Part shown: piece by piece, positions 39,520-49,037 of the stretch
Numbering within the stretch: the stretch's first letter is position 1
Layout of the letters: each line of letters opens with the position of its first letter
Origin: an uncultured Methanosarcinales archaeon
GTDB taxonomy: Archaea; Nanobdellota; Nanobdellia; Woesearchaeales; CAZYIM01
Assembly (NCBI GenBank): GCA_964647565.1
Contig: CAZYIM010000014.1
Coordinates: forward strand, 1-59,641
Reading direction: 5' to 3'
DNA length: 59,641 nucleotides
Program-made: the position numbers and the translations under genes
Notes under the pieces: model-generated
Told to the model about the DNA's origin: nothing
Seen by the model: only the letters and a program-made list of their open reading frames with translations
Database searches by the model: none

Positions 39520-40292
39520 GTGAATTGATTGATGCACCCTCTGGTAAGATAAAGAAAGTGAAGAGAGTGAAGATGTACGTGGACGGGGGAAAACAGTATC
39601 ATATCAATGAATATAATTATTCAATTGAGGGCTACTTCCCGGGTTTTATACACAGAAAGGGTGCTGTAAATCAAGAAATTACATATCATTTGCTTCCAAT
39701 AATGAATAAAGAACATCATATTTTCAAAAAAGGCGATATTACAATGAACAGCTGCCTTTCAAGACCAGGACTCAGGGATACCTTCATTCCCCTTAATGAG
39801 GTTGTTGAGGATATGTTTGAAGGTGCCCTTCTGCATTTTCTAGGTCAAAACATCTACAGACGTTTCATCTTCAGTGAAATACCAACATATCCCGGAATAC
39901 GCTATGCTTCACTGAACCTGCCATCTTATAATCAAAATCCAAATACAATTGAGGAAAGTCTTCTGAACAACAACTATGTCCAGGGCAATAAAGAGAAAAA
40001 ACATTTCATAGAACATTGTTGTCTTCAGATCCATTTCAAGCAACCACATAGCCAAGGAGACGGATTCTTAATACCTATGTTCAGCAAGGATGTGAGAGTT
40101 CCAAAGGACCTGCAAAAACATCCTGTGCATATGTTCCTAACCCAAGGATTCTCAGATTATACTCTGCTAAGATATTTCGATGTCTGTAACTATATGCCAT
40201 CACTAAAGAACCGTTTAGATGCAGGCATACAGGTATTTGGCGGCGGAAAACAAGAGCTGCCAAAGCAAGCCTGGGATGAGGTGAAAGCATGA
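39516..40292 (+). CDS. Array paralog 51 (258 aa)
   Basis: Leader APSGKIKK; core GFLIPMFSKDVRVP..HMF. Confidence 0.9.
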   Translation: MSELIDAPSGKIKKVKRVKMYVDGGKQYHINEYNYSIEGYFPGFIHRKGAVNQEITYHLLPIMNKEHHIFKKGDITMNSCLSRPGLRDTFIPLNEVVEDMFEGALLHFLGQNIYRRFIFSEIPTYPGIRYASLNLPSYNQNPNTIEESLLNNNYVQGNKEKKHFIEHCCLQIHFKQPHSQGDGFLIPMFSKDVRVPKDLQKHPVHMFLTQGFSDYTLLRYFDVCNYMPSLKNRLDAGIQVFGGGKQELPKQAWDEVKA

Positions 40293-41131
40293 ATAAAGAA
40301 CTCATCTACAAGGACTCTGGAAAAAAGAAGAAACGGCCTGTCACATTGAGAAGCTACTATGGATTCGTAGATCCTACTGAGGAAGAGATGAACCATCCAA
40401 AGAAAAGAAAAAGGAAAAAGAAAGATAGTGCTATTTTGCGCATAGAAGAAAATATCTACAGCAATACAAAGAATCTTTACTTGTATCCATTTACAAGAGA
40501 TATGACCTTAGAGCTCGCATATGCGAAAGTAAATAATGATGGATTGATGATAGAAGAGAAAACCTTCACAGACAACCAGCTAGAGTTGGCTATGCAGACA
40601 AATAAGGAGGCGACCAGGATTGATCTTATTGCCGGCTATATATTCGAGGGTGGAAGACATTTCTATTCTAAAGATGAAAAATCGATTATTTATTATTTGG
40701 CGGATGTTCCAGGTTATCCATGTATAGAACTAGCCTCCCTAAAGTTGCCTTACTATGCTGATGAAAAATACCCTGATATTGATCTTCAAAGGGATTTTAA
40801 TAAAATTGGGAAGAATAGAACAGGATACAGCCTTAATATTCTGATAAAGACTATAAAAGACGATAAGAAAAGGACTGGAATTTGTATACCCCTTCTTTTA
40901 GACACCCGCTATACTACTGTAAGCGACTTAAAGAACAGTTTTTCTTATCTTCTTGGAAATCCAAACTTCAGATTAAAAGGTCATATACTGAAAGTCGATT
41001 ATAGGCTTGGAGGGACTAAAGTCAACCTAATAGATAGCTATCTTACTGATCAAGCAACGGAGTTCGGCCTAAAAGAAGCACTAACACAATACAATGAGGA
41101 ATACATCAATGCAAGAAGAACCAATAGCTAA
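40289..41131 (+). CDS. Array paralog 52 (280 aa)
   Basis: GAGGTGA RBS; leader DSGKKKKR plus a second basic patch PKKRKRKKK; core GICIPLLLDTR..GHIL. Confidence 0.9.
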   Translation: MNKELIYKDSGKKKKRPVTLRSYYGFVDPTEEEMNHPKKRKRKKKDSAILRIEENIYSNTKNLYLYPFTRDMTLELAYAKVNNDGLMIEEKTFTDNQLELAMQTNKEATRIDLIAGYIFEGGRHFYSKDEKSIIYYLADVPGYPCIELASLKLPYYADEKYPDIDLQRDFNKIGKNRTGYSLNILIKTIKDDKKRTGICIPLLLDTRYTTVSDLKNSFSYLLGNPNFRLKGHILKVDYRLGGTKVNLIDSYLTDQATEFGLKEALTQYNEEYINARRTNS

Positions 41132-41906
41132 AGGAAGCGGGAAAAAGAAGAAGAAAAGGAAATCTTTGAAGAAGAATATTGGCAACCTAGTTTTTAAAAC
41201 ATTAACTTCAGATGTTACTGACACAGTCAGCCAGGGCGGTAGCTTTGAATTCATGTATCGGTTCTTTATTGATGGCTGGGTTGAAGAGCTGCATGAATTA
41301 CTGGATAGAAGAAGCATGATACTTTACGAAGGTCAGATGTCTGATAATATATTCTTTGATGAATTCGCAGAACATCTTGATCGGGATGCTGTAATCCAAT
41401 TAAATAAAGTTGTAAATGATCTGTTATTGGGTGCTAAATTCACTCTTAAGACCGGCGATGATAAGGAATCAATTAAATATGTTTTCAAAGATATTCCAAA
41501 CCATCCTAGCATAGACCTGGCAGTCTATTCAGTGCCAAATGTCAGCTATATGCAGAAAACACATGAGAATCTTCTCAAAGAAACTCTAAACGGCCTTCCT
41601 TCTGAAATGATCCTTTCTAAGCTTTCGTTTAATATATTATACAAGAAAAAAGAGTCATCCAGAAAAACCTATGGTAATTATGTGTATCTAACTAACAAGG
41701 AAAGTAATTTGACTGACAAGTTAGGAAATATAAGGGAAAAACTGATATCAAAAGAGAAGCTGGAACAGCCTATCTGCCATCTGTTTTCAACATCTTATAC
41801 TGGAAAGCGTAAGATAGTTCTGGATTATATCAATGGTTTCTACGATCAGAATTCGCTGAAGGATGCTTTGGAGAACGAGATAGCAAAGTTCGGAGGTGGG
41901 CGATAA
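41109..41906 (+). CDS. Array paralog 53 (265 aa)
   Basis: Start moved to MQEEPIAKGSGKKKK after GAGGA; C-terminus resembles 34 and 37 (LEQPICHLF, NGFYD). Confidence 0.88.
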   Translation: MQEEPIAKGSGKKKKKRKSLKKNIGNLVFKTLTSDVTDTVSQGGSFEFMYRFFIDGWVEELHELLDRRSMILYEGQMSDNIFFDEFAEHLDRDAVIQLNKVVNDLLLGAKFTLKTGDDKESIKYVFKDIPNHPSIDLAVYSVPNVSYMQKTHENLLKETLNGLPSEMILSKLSFNILYKKKESSRKTYGNYVYLTNKESNLTDKLGNIREKLISKEKLEQPICHLFSTSYTGKRKIVLDYINGFYDQNSLKDALENEIAKFGGGR

Positions 41907-42754
41907 TGGTCATTTCAATCGGAGATGGTCCTGCGATGATAAAGGCAGGATCCGGTAAGAAGAAGAAAAAGCCGAAGAGTATCATGACCTTGATGAGGGA
42001 GATGGAGAAGATTCCTAATTCCAAGCTTAATAATCTTGAAATCAAATATCTGGAATTATATAGTTGGCTGTCTGATGAGAATATCAAGGAGGAGAGCCAG
42101 ATGGAAGGGATTATGGGTAGGAGTGGGGATGAAGGGCGAAGACGCGCGCTAGTTGACAATTTCCTTGCTATAGACCCAAGCCTAAAGAAGAAAATGGAAA
42201 AGGATCCTAAGATTGTTAGAGTTGATCTGTTAGCAAATAAACTGTTTCGGTCCAGCCAGCTTGACCATGTCTACTATACTTCGTGGGTAGACAATAAACC
42301 TTTCCATTACAAAGGATTTGAAATCAAACAGATACCCGAATATAGGTATAAGAATATAGAACTGGTAACTGCTGATCTCCCATCCATAACAAACGTCTAT
42401 AGAGGTAATATGAGGCTTTCTACCCTGATGGCTAAATCTGAATTTTCTGAGATGTTTAGGATGACAATAATCTTCAAGGAGAATTGGAAGAAGAGAAAAG
42501 CCTTGATAATACCTATATATCTGCCTGACTTACTCCTTCCCAATGTTGCGTGGTTTACTGTTCCTGGATCTGATCCCAAGAGCAAACGTACAGTCCAGCA
42601 TAAGATGTACAAGGCCTATGCACATCTCTTCTATACACCTGACTTCTTGAAAAGAGACGAGAAGCAGTTCTACTATGTAGATAGTTTCTTTTCTCAAGAG
42701 TCCTTGGAAAGAGGCGTTGATCAAGCCATTAAGAAGTACGGGGGTGGTCAGTAG
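41906..42754 (+). CDS. Array paralog 54 (282 aa)
   Basis: GGAGGTG RBS and TAATG overlap; leader KAGSGKKKK; close to 55. Confidence 0.9.
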   Translation: MVISIGDGPAMIKAGSGKKKKKPKSIMTLMREMEKIPNSKLNNLEIKYLELYSWLSDENIKEESQMEGIMGRSGDEGRRRALVDNFLAIDPSLKKKMEKDPKIVRVDLLANKLFRSSQLDHVYYTSWVDNKPFHYKGFEIKQIPEYRYKNIELVTADLPSITNVYRGNMRLSTLMAKSEFSEMFRMTIIFKENWKKRKALIIPIYLPDLLLPNVAWFTVPGSDPKSKRTVQHKMYKAYAHLFYTPDFLKRDEKQFYYVDSFFSQESLERGVDQAIKKYGGGQ

Positions 42755-43680
42755 TGATGGAGATTGAGCTTCGCAAGGCATATTCCCAAAGTGTTGACAT
42801 GTATGGCAGGACTATCTATTATGATGTAGATGGTAAATCATACACTGAAGAAGGTCCTGGCAAGAAGAAGAAAAGAAGGAAGAGCATCATGACGCAGCTG
42901 AGGACAGCCCGAATAGTACCTAAAAACAATACCAATCCTGAGCCAATCCGATATGAGGGCGTACTTGAATGGCTGCGAGAATATGATTATAACACAGAAC
43001 AGAAACTGCAGAATATGATCAAAAGGGATTTGCGCGAAGGCAAGAGACAGTATTTTACAGGATATAACTTTTTCCATATGGATACTCTTTTACAGAAAAA
43101 GGCAGAACAAGATCTAAAAATAGTAAGAGTTGACTTGTTAGCGAACAGGCTTTTCAAGCACTGCCAGATGGATTATATTCCGAGCAAGGAGTATCTTAGG
43201 ACTGCAGATGGCACTATTGACAAAACAAAAACGCTTGACTGTTACACAATTGAGCTTAAAAACCTCCACAAGGTTCCGAGTGTGGAACTTGTAGTTGCAC
43301 AATTTCCTGCTATTAAAGACAGTAAAGTCGATAACAATATCCCACTCTCAGAATATATGCTGGATTTTGAGCATTTTAGGATGTTTCGGATGAGCATCAT
43401 ATTCAAGAAGAAACAAGGCAAGAGACAGGCTTTGGTAATACCCCTATATATGGGTGGCTGGGATAAAAACTCCATTTCAATATACATAACTAAAGAGCAG
43501 TTTGAAAATTGTCCTGAACAATTGAGAAAAACTTCTGCAAACGTCTATGCAAAACTACACTACACACCCAACATCCTGTCAAATAATCCAGAATTCTGTT
43601 TTGTGGACGGTTACTACAACCAGGATTCTTTAGAACGCGGAGTAGAAGACGCCATTAAGAAGTACGGGGGTGGTTCTTGA
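42754..43680 (+). CDS. Array paralog 55 (~308 aa)
   Basis: GTG 42754 or ATG 42757; leader EGPGKKKK; KIVRVDLLAN and MFRMxIIFK shared with 54. Confidence 0.9.
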   Translation: MMEIELRKAYSQSVDMYGRTIYYDVDGKSYTEEGPGKKKKRRKSIMTQLRTARIVPKNNTNPEPIRYEGVLEWLREYDYNTEQKLQNMIKRDLREGKRQYFTGYNFFHMDTLLQKKAEQDLKIVRVDLLANRLFKHCQMDYIPSKEYLRTADGTIDKTKTLDCYTIELKNLHKVPSVELVVAQFPAIKDSKVDNNIPLSEYMLDFEHFRMFRMSIIFKKKQGKRQALVIPLYMGGWDKNSISIYITKEQFENCPEQLRKTSANVYAKLHYTPNILSNNPEFCFVDGYYNQDSLERGVEDAIKKYGGGS

Positions 43681-44504
43681 TGGGAGTGGTACCACCAACT
43701 ATGCCAATCAAACCTAAAGCTCTGCTTCCTGAAGACTTCTTCCTTGAGCTTGGCTACACAGGCCGGCGCAAAATAGCAGAAGGTATCAAGCATCAGCCTT
43801 CCAGCGGCAAGAAAAAGAAGATGACCAAACTGGATGCGAAATATTACCGGATTATGAGAGAATATAATAAGCAATTAACAGGTCATTGGATATCTGCAGG
43901 TATTATCAATCCTATACTTCAACTTGTTCTAGGTTGGAATTTAGATGATATAAGGCAAAAAGGAGAGATCTATAGTCATCTTAACAGAGTCAAATATGCT
44001 CCGCAACCGTTAGGTGAACTTTCACTAGATCCGGACATTTTTGATTTAATATTGACTGGCTCAAAATTCGAAGTAAAGAATGAAAAAATATACATGGCGC
44101 TCTATTGTGTCGACATACCAGATTACCCAGGCATCTCATTGGCAAAGTTGGGCATACCCAAACTGTTAGAGATTGGAATGCCAAATGAGTACGCACAGGA
44201 AATTAAGCAAGATGTCCTAAACCTAAATCTTGTTTTTAAGTACGGAACCAATCATTTCAACAAACATTATGAAGGCCTGATCATCCCAATGACACGGGAA
44301 GACAACAGGATACCTGAGCAAACCAAGCACATCTACGGACATATATTCTCTTATGTTGTAAAGCCAGAGACAATAAGTTCTATATCTTATTGCGACATCA
44401 AATACTACGGTCTCTACAACTCATACAAACTGCTAAAAGAAGGCCTAGAACGAGCCATAACAGACCACGGAGGAAAAACCAATAATGAAAAAGATTATTA
44501 TTGA
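43680..44504 (+). CDS. Array paralog 56 (274 aa)
   Basis: TGATG overlap; extension then HQPSSGKKKK; core GLIIPMTREDNRIP..GHIF; close to 58. Confidence 0.9.
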   Translation: MGVVPPTMPIKPKALLPEDFFLELGYTGRRKIAEGIKHQPSSGKKKKMTKLDAKYYRIMREYNKQLTGHWISAGIINPILQLVLGWNLDDIRQKGEIYSHLNRVKYAPQPLGELSLDPDIFDLILTGSKFEVKNEKIYMALYCVDIPDYPGISLAKLGIPKLLEIGMPNEYAQEIKQDVLNLNLVFKYGTNHFNKHYEGLIIPMTREDNRIPEQTKHIYGHIFSYVVKPETISSISYCDIKYYGLYNSYKLLKEGLERAITDHGGKTNNEKDYY

Positions 44505-45237
44505 AGCAGGACCTGGTAAAAGAAAGAAGCATCCTAAATCATTGAGAAAGTTGTATCCAGATAGTCCGATCGCTAATGATAGCGATTATATCAGGAGGAT
44601 CCAAAACTATAAACTTGGTATATTGACTGATCCGACTTTCTTTAAAAACATAAAATCAAAAAAAAGTGATGTTAAGAAAAATGGTAAAATCTTAACCACT
44701 CATGTAATCTCTCATCTTGACAGTTTTCTCGAGCCAGAGATATATCATAGATATAATTTTGCGCGGGTTGATCTGTTGCTGGAACAGTTGTTTGATGGGT
44801 CTAAAGTAATAAGCAAAAAAGACAACTCTATGATTAATTTCACTATTCTCCCTCCCAAGAAATTAGAAAATGTCGATTTGATTTATTTGGATGTTCCTCT
44901 TGTCGGATATAGACATGATTTAGACAGATGGGACATTCTGGCAGACACCAACAGGAGTGTGCTTAATGTCTGCCTGAACCAAAACGTGTTTTCTAAATCC
45001 GTAATAAGATACAGCTTAGTGATTCCAATAGATCCTAAGGATGCAAGAAATCCACAGAAGACAGATTTTATCAGAGATATACAATTTTCAGGCATATATG
45101 ATAACTTCTATGCGCACATATTGAAAGCACAGATCAACATCGAGACTGGAGATATCAAATACAGTTATCTTGACAGCTATTTCACCCATAAAGGGCTTGA
45201 AGCTGGATTCAAGAAATACATGAGGGATACTAAATGA
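44485..45237 (+). CDS. Array paralog 57 (250 aa)
   Basis: GGAGG RBS; leader EAGPGKRKK; close to 59. Confidence 0.9.
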   Translation: MKKIIIEAGPGKRKKHPKSLRKLYPDSPIANDSDYIRRIQNYKLGILTDPTFFKNIKSKKSDVKKNGKILTTHVISHLDSFLEPEIYHRYNFARVDLLLEQLFDGSKVISKKDNSMINFTILPPKKLENVDLIYLDVPLVGYRHDLDRWDILADTNRSVLNVCLNQNVFSKSVIRYSLVIPIDPKDARNPQKTDFIRDIQFSGIYDNFYAHILKAQINIETGDIKYSYLDSYFTHKGLEAGFKKYMRDTK

Positions 45238-45275
45238 TAGGAGTATTAGATGAATATTTGGAATGATATAATAAA

Positions 45276-46082
45276 ATGGATGCAGAAGAGTTAAAACGTC
45301 TTTATCCCCCAGGTCCTAATATTGAAATTTTACCTAAGGATTTCTTTGTTGAACTTGGCTATAGTGGAAGGCGCAAAGACCCTGATAATCTTGTCCACCA
45401 GCCAAGCAGTGGAAAGAAAAAGAAGATGACCCGGCTTGTAGCTAAATATTACAAAATAATGAAGGAATATAAGGGCGGATCGCTTGGCACGTTTAATGAT
45501 GAAGGTATTATAAACCCGATATCACATAAGTCATGGGGATGGGTATTTGACGAGATCAAAGAGAACGGACAGGTTTTTAACCCATATAAATATGCAGATA
45601 AACTTATTGGTATGAATGATGTTATATTTGAAGTGCTGGGAAAAGCGACGTTTATCTCCAAAATCGAGAATCTTTGCCTTGGACTTTATATGAAGGACAT
45701 ATTGGGATTCCCTGGCATCACATTAGCAAAACTAGGTCTTCCAAAATTTAAGGAAGATCTTACGTTTAATGAGAACAGATTAAAAGAAAGATACGATGAT
45801 ATTAGCCTTAACTTTGTATTCAAATACAATAATAAAACTAACAAGGAGCACTATGAAGGCATTGTGGTGCCTTTATTAACTAATAAAGACAGAAGAATAC
45901 CTGATGAAACAAGATATATATTCGGCCATATATTTTCTTATGTTGTCAAAGATGATGAAAATACGTCTTTATCATTTTGTGATATCAAATACTATGGACT
46001 CTACAGCACACAGGGATTGTTGATACAAGGCCTGAAGAGAGCCATAATGGATCATGGAGGAAAATCCTATAATGAAGAATAA
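45276..46082 (+). CDS. Array paralog 58 (268 aa)
   Basis: DFFVELGYSGRRK and HQPSSGKKKK as in 56; preceded by an in-frame mini-ORF at 45234-45266. Confidence 0.88.
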   Translation: MDAEELKRLYPPGPNIEILPKDFFVELGYSGRRKDPDNLVHQPSSGKKKKMTRLVAKYYKIMKEYKGGSLGTFNDEGIINPISHKSWGWVFDEIKENGQVFNPYKYADKLIGMNDVIFEVLGKATFISKIENLCLGLYMKDILGFPGITLAKLGLPKFKEDLTFNENRLKERYDDISLNFVFKYNNKTNKEHYEGIVVPLLTNKDRRIPDETRYIFGHIFSYVVKDDENTSLSFCDIKYYGLYSTQGLLIQGLKRAIMDHGGKSYNEE

Positions 46083-46851
46083 TATTATTGAGGCTGGAAG
46101 CGGGAAAAGGAAGAAGCATCCAAAATCTATTAGAGCTTTGTATCCTATGCTTCAATCAGTTTTTAAAAACCAGCATGCCTATCAAAAGAGGATCGAGAAC
46201 TATAATTCTGATATTATTAATAATTTAGATATCTATAAAAATCTTGAATCACATATAGGAGAGATCAATGAAACCGGGACTACTTTAAATAAGTCAAAAA
46301 TTTCTTTACATAGCTGCTTCATAATACAGCCCATTCTTGAAAAATATAATTTTGTCAGGCTTGATCGACTTGTTGAAAAATTCTTCAAGGGAGCAAAGTT
46401 CATAGTTAATAGAAAATTCAACTCAGACCAATACCTGATTGTACCGCCCGAATCATACCGCGACATAGAGATGCTGATATTAGAATTGCCAAATGTAGGC
46501 AATAGGATTGTTGATAATCAATGGGTTCTTTTTGATGATAAAACTAAACATGTGCTGAGTATTATCAAGAAACAAAAAAAATATGAAAAAGGCAAACCAA
46601 GAAATGTTGTTGTTATACCTTTGGATCCTAAAGATCCCAGGAATCCTCAAAAGGCAGATTTCCAAAGAGCTTTCCAGAAAAAAGGCTTTTGTGACGGTTT
46701 TTATGCACATATACTGCTAGCACAGGTTGAACCTGATAAAAATCAGGTCAATTACATCTATCTGGACAGTTGCTTCAGCCATAGAGGATTTGAAAAAAGG
46801 TTCAATATCTATATGAAAAACTACGGAGGTCTGCTTCATGATGTATTTTGA
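46072..46851 (+). CDS. Array paralog 59 (259 aa)
   Basis: Start moved to MKNNIIEAGSGKRKK after GGAGG; DPKDxRNPQKxDF shared with 57. Confidence 0.9.
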   Translation: MKNNIIEAGSGKRKKHPKSIRALYPMLQSVFKNQHAYQKRIENYNSDIINNLDIYKNLESHIGEINETGTTLNKSKISLHSCFIIQPILEKYNFVRLDRLVEKFFKGAKFIVNRKFNSDQYLIVPPESYRDIEMLILELPNVGNRIVDNQWVLFDDKTKHVLSIIKKQKKYEKGKPRNVVVIPLDPKDPRNPQKADFQRAFQKKGFCDGFYAHILLAQVEPDKNQVNYIYLDSCFSHRGFEKRFNIYMKNYGGLLHDVF

Positions 46852-47629
46852 AAAACCAATCAGAGCAGGAAGCGGGAAGATAAAAAAAAGAAAAAAGACC
46901 AAGATCAGACTTAGTGATGGAAATGTAAAATATCTTGAGGAATATAAGAATAAAAGAAAGTTTTTTTGGTCTACCATTGTAAATCCGTATACAGACGGAT
47001 ATGAAATTAATGGAATTAAAGACAGGTTAAAAAACGTAAAAATGGATGTACAGCCTTTTGTCAAAGAGACAGCAACATTGGATTATGAGACTCTTCAATA
47101 CCTGAATTATACCAACCTCGGGAAGATAGTTGATAACCTTTTTACACCTTCAAAATATCGATATATTACTGACATGGATGATTCCAATGTTTATGATATC
47201 CTCCCTTCAAGACTCTATCATATTGAATTTGTCAGATTAAAATTACCTCACATTCTAAGCCATTGGAAAAGTTTAGCATCAACAATGGACGACCTAGATT
47301 TCTGGACAAAAAGAACTAGAGACGTGCTGAAATTCTATTTCGGCGCTAACTCAGTTAAACCTTGGTCATTACAGATCTTATTCAAGCAGACAGCTGAGCA
47401 AAAAAAATCCGAACCTGAATATCGCGAGAGTATGTTAGTGCCTATGTTCCAAAAAGACGGACGAGTCGCCAGAAAATTGAGAAATGTACCTGATGCCCAT
47501 TCACATATCCTAAGATTGAAACACACTCGAAAACGTACCAGGATTGAATACTACAAGATTTGCTACTCGATGGAGCAACTAGAAAACCAACTCCATGACA
47601 TAATCCATCACTATGGGAGGAATAGATGA
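46838..47629 (+). CDS. Array paralog 60 (263 aa)
   Basis: GGAGGT RBS; leader RAGSGKIKKRKK; core LQILFK..VPMFQKDGRV..HIL. Confidence 0.9.
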   Translation: MMYFEKPIRAGSGKIKKRKKTKIRLSDGNVKYLEEYKNKRKFFWSTIVNPYTDGYEINGIKDRLKNVKMDVQPFVKETATLDYETLQYLNYTNLGKIVDNLFTPSKYRYITDMDDSNVYDILPSRLYHIEFVRLKLPHILSHWKSLASTMDDLDFWTKRTRDVLKFYFGANSVKPWSLQILFKQTAEQKKSEPEYRESMLVPMFQKDGRVARKLRNVPDAHSHILRLKHTRKRTRIEYYKICYSMEQLENQLHDIIHHYGRNR

Positions 47630-48339
47630 AAGAGCTAATCAAAGCAGGATCCGGGAAAAAGAAGAAGCAGATGAAAGTTCAGATTAAATATAAGAAGCTT
47701 CTTTCAAGCTATTCTCTTTCTTTTGAAAAACCTCCAAATGGAATATGGCCTGTTGACTTATGGATGGCTATGGCACCTGCCAAGCTAGAGACTGCAAAAA
47801 TAGATGCTTTGCAGATTAAAGATGGTTGGCTGACCAAAGACAAGTATTATAGAAATTTACTAGGTGCTGCAGAAATCCCTGATATAGGATTAGTCATTGA
47901 TAATATTTTTAAAGACTCTTACTATCTACAATATTACCATAAATTCTTATGCCATTATTATTTTTTCGGTACTGACAAAGTGCCTGGAGTTGCTATAGGT
48001 CAACTTACGATTCCGAAACTTGAAGATTATAAAAATAAATGGCCTGTTGAAGGAACAGATGACTACAAACAGAATCCTGACAATTTTGGACTAAATCTTA
48101 TCATAAAGAAAAATAAGAAGTCAAAGTATGTTACAGCAGTTCTTTTCATCCCTCTGTCACGCCATGACAGCAGGATCCCTGATGAAACCAAAGAAGAATA
48201 CTGTCATATCTTCAACCTTGATTATCTGACAAAAGGTGATGTTATTTTCAAATACTGGGATATATGCAGGACAGAAACCAATATTGAGAAAAGCATTCGA
48301 AATGCGATAAAAGTATATGGAGATAATAGGATAAAATGA
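47626..48339 (+). CDS. Array paralog 61 (237 aa)
   Basis: GGAGG RBS; leader KAGSGKKKK; core FIPLSRHDSRIP..HIF; close to 62. Confidence 0.9.
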   Translation: MKELIKAGSGKKKKQMKVQIKYKKLLSSYSLSFEKPPNGIWPVDLWMAMAPAKLETAKIDALQIKDGWLTKDKYYRNLLGAAEIPDIGLVIDNIFKDSYYLQYYHKFLCHYYFFGTDKVPGVAIGQLTIPKLEDYKNKWPVEGTDDYKQNPDNFGLNLIIKKNKKSKYVTAVLFIPLSRHDSRIPDETKEEYCHIFNLDYLTKGDVIFKYWDICRTETNIEKSIRNAIKVYGDNRIK

Positions 48340-49037
48340 TAGAAGCAGGAAGTGGGAAAAAGAAGAAGAAACTGAAAGTCAATCTGAAATATAAAGATCT
48401 TCTGAATAGCTATTCACGTTCATATGAAACAAGGCCTTATGGTGCCTGGTCGATAGAAGAATGGCAACGTGAGTTTAATTTTAAGATCTCAAATGTTGAG
48501 AACTATTATAAAACTTATCTTGAAAAAGGGTTGATAACAAAAAAAGATTACTATCAACACCTGATGCAAGTCTCGGGTGTTCCTGATCTTGGAAAAGTCA
48601 TAGAGGATATGTTCGAGGGCTATTATTGCACGCCATATGAGCATGGTGACTTTAGCAATTTCTATTTCTTTCAAAACAAGGGTGCTGTGGCAATAGGCAG
48701 GTTAGCTGTTCCCCGGGTTGAAAAAGATGTGGCTCATTGGCCAGATCCTGATTCAGAGGAATCTTATGATAGGAAAGACTTTTACGGATTGAGCCTCGTA
48801 CTTAGGCGTGATGGCAGGATGAGCTCGATGAATGGTATATTAAATATTCCTCTGTCCAGCCATAACCAAAACATCCCTCTTGAAGCAAAAGATGAGTTTG
48901 GACATGTTTTCATAATACAATATCCTCCTGGCGGAAACACAGTCTTCACATACTGGGATATCTGCAGGACGCAGGAAAAGCTTGAGAAGAGCATCCAAAA
49001 CGCGATCAAAACCTATGGAGATGATACAATAAGATGA
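48336..49037 (+). CDS. Array paralog 62 (233 aa)
   Basis: Leader EAGSGKKKK; YWDICRT..EKSIxNAIKxYGD shared with 61. Confidence 0.9.
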   Translation: MIEAGSGKKKKKLKVNLKYKDLLNSYSRSYETRPYGAWSIEEWQREFNFKISNVENYYKTYLEKGLITKKDYYQHLMQVSGVPDLGKVIEDMFEGYYCTPYEHGDFSNFYFFQNKGAVAIGRLAVPRVEKDVAHWPDPDSEESYDRKDFYGLSLVLRRDGRMSSMNGILNIPLSSHNQNIPLEAKDEFGHVFIIQYPPGGNTVFTYWDICRTQEKLEKSIQNAIKTYGDDTIR

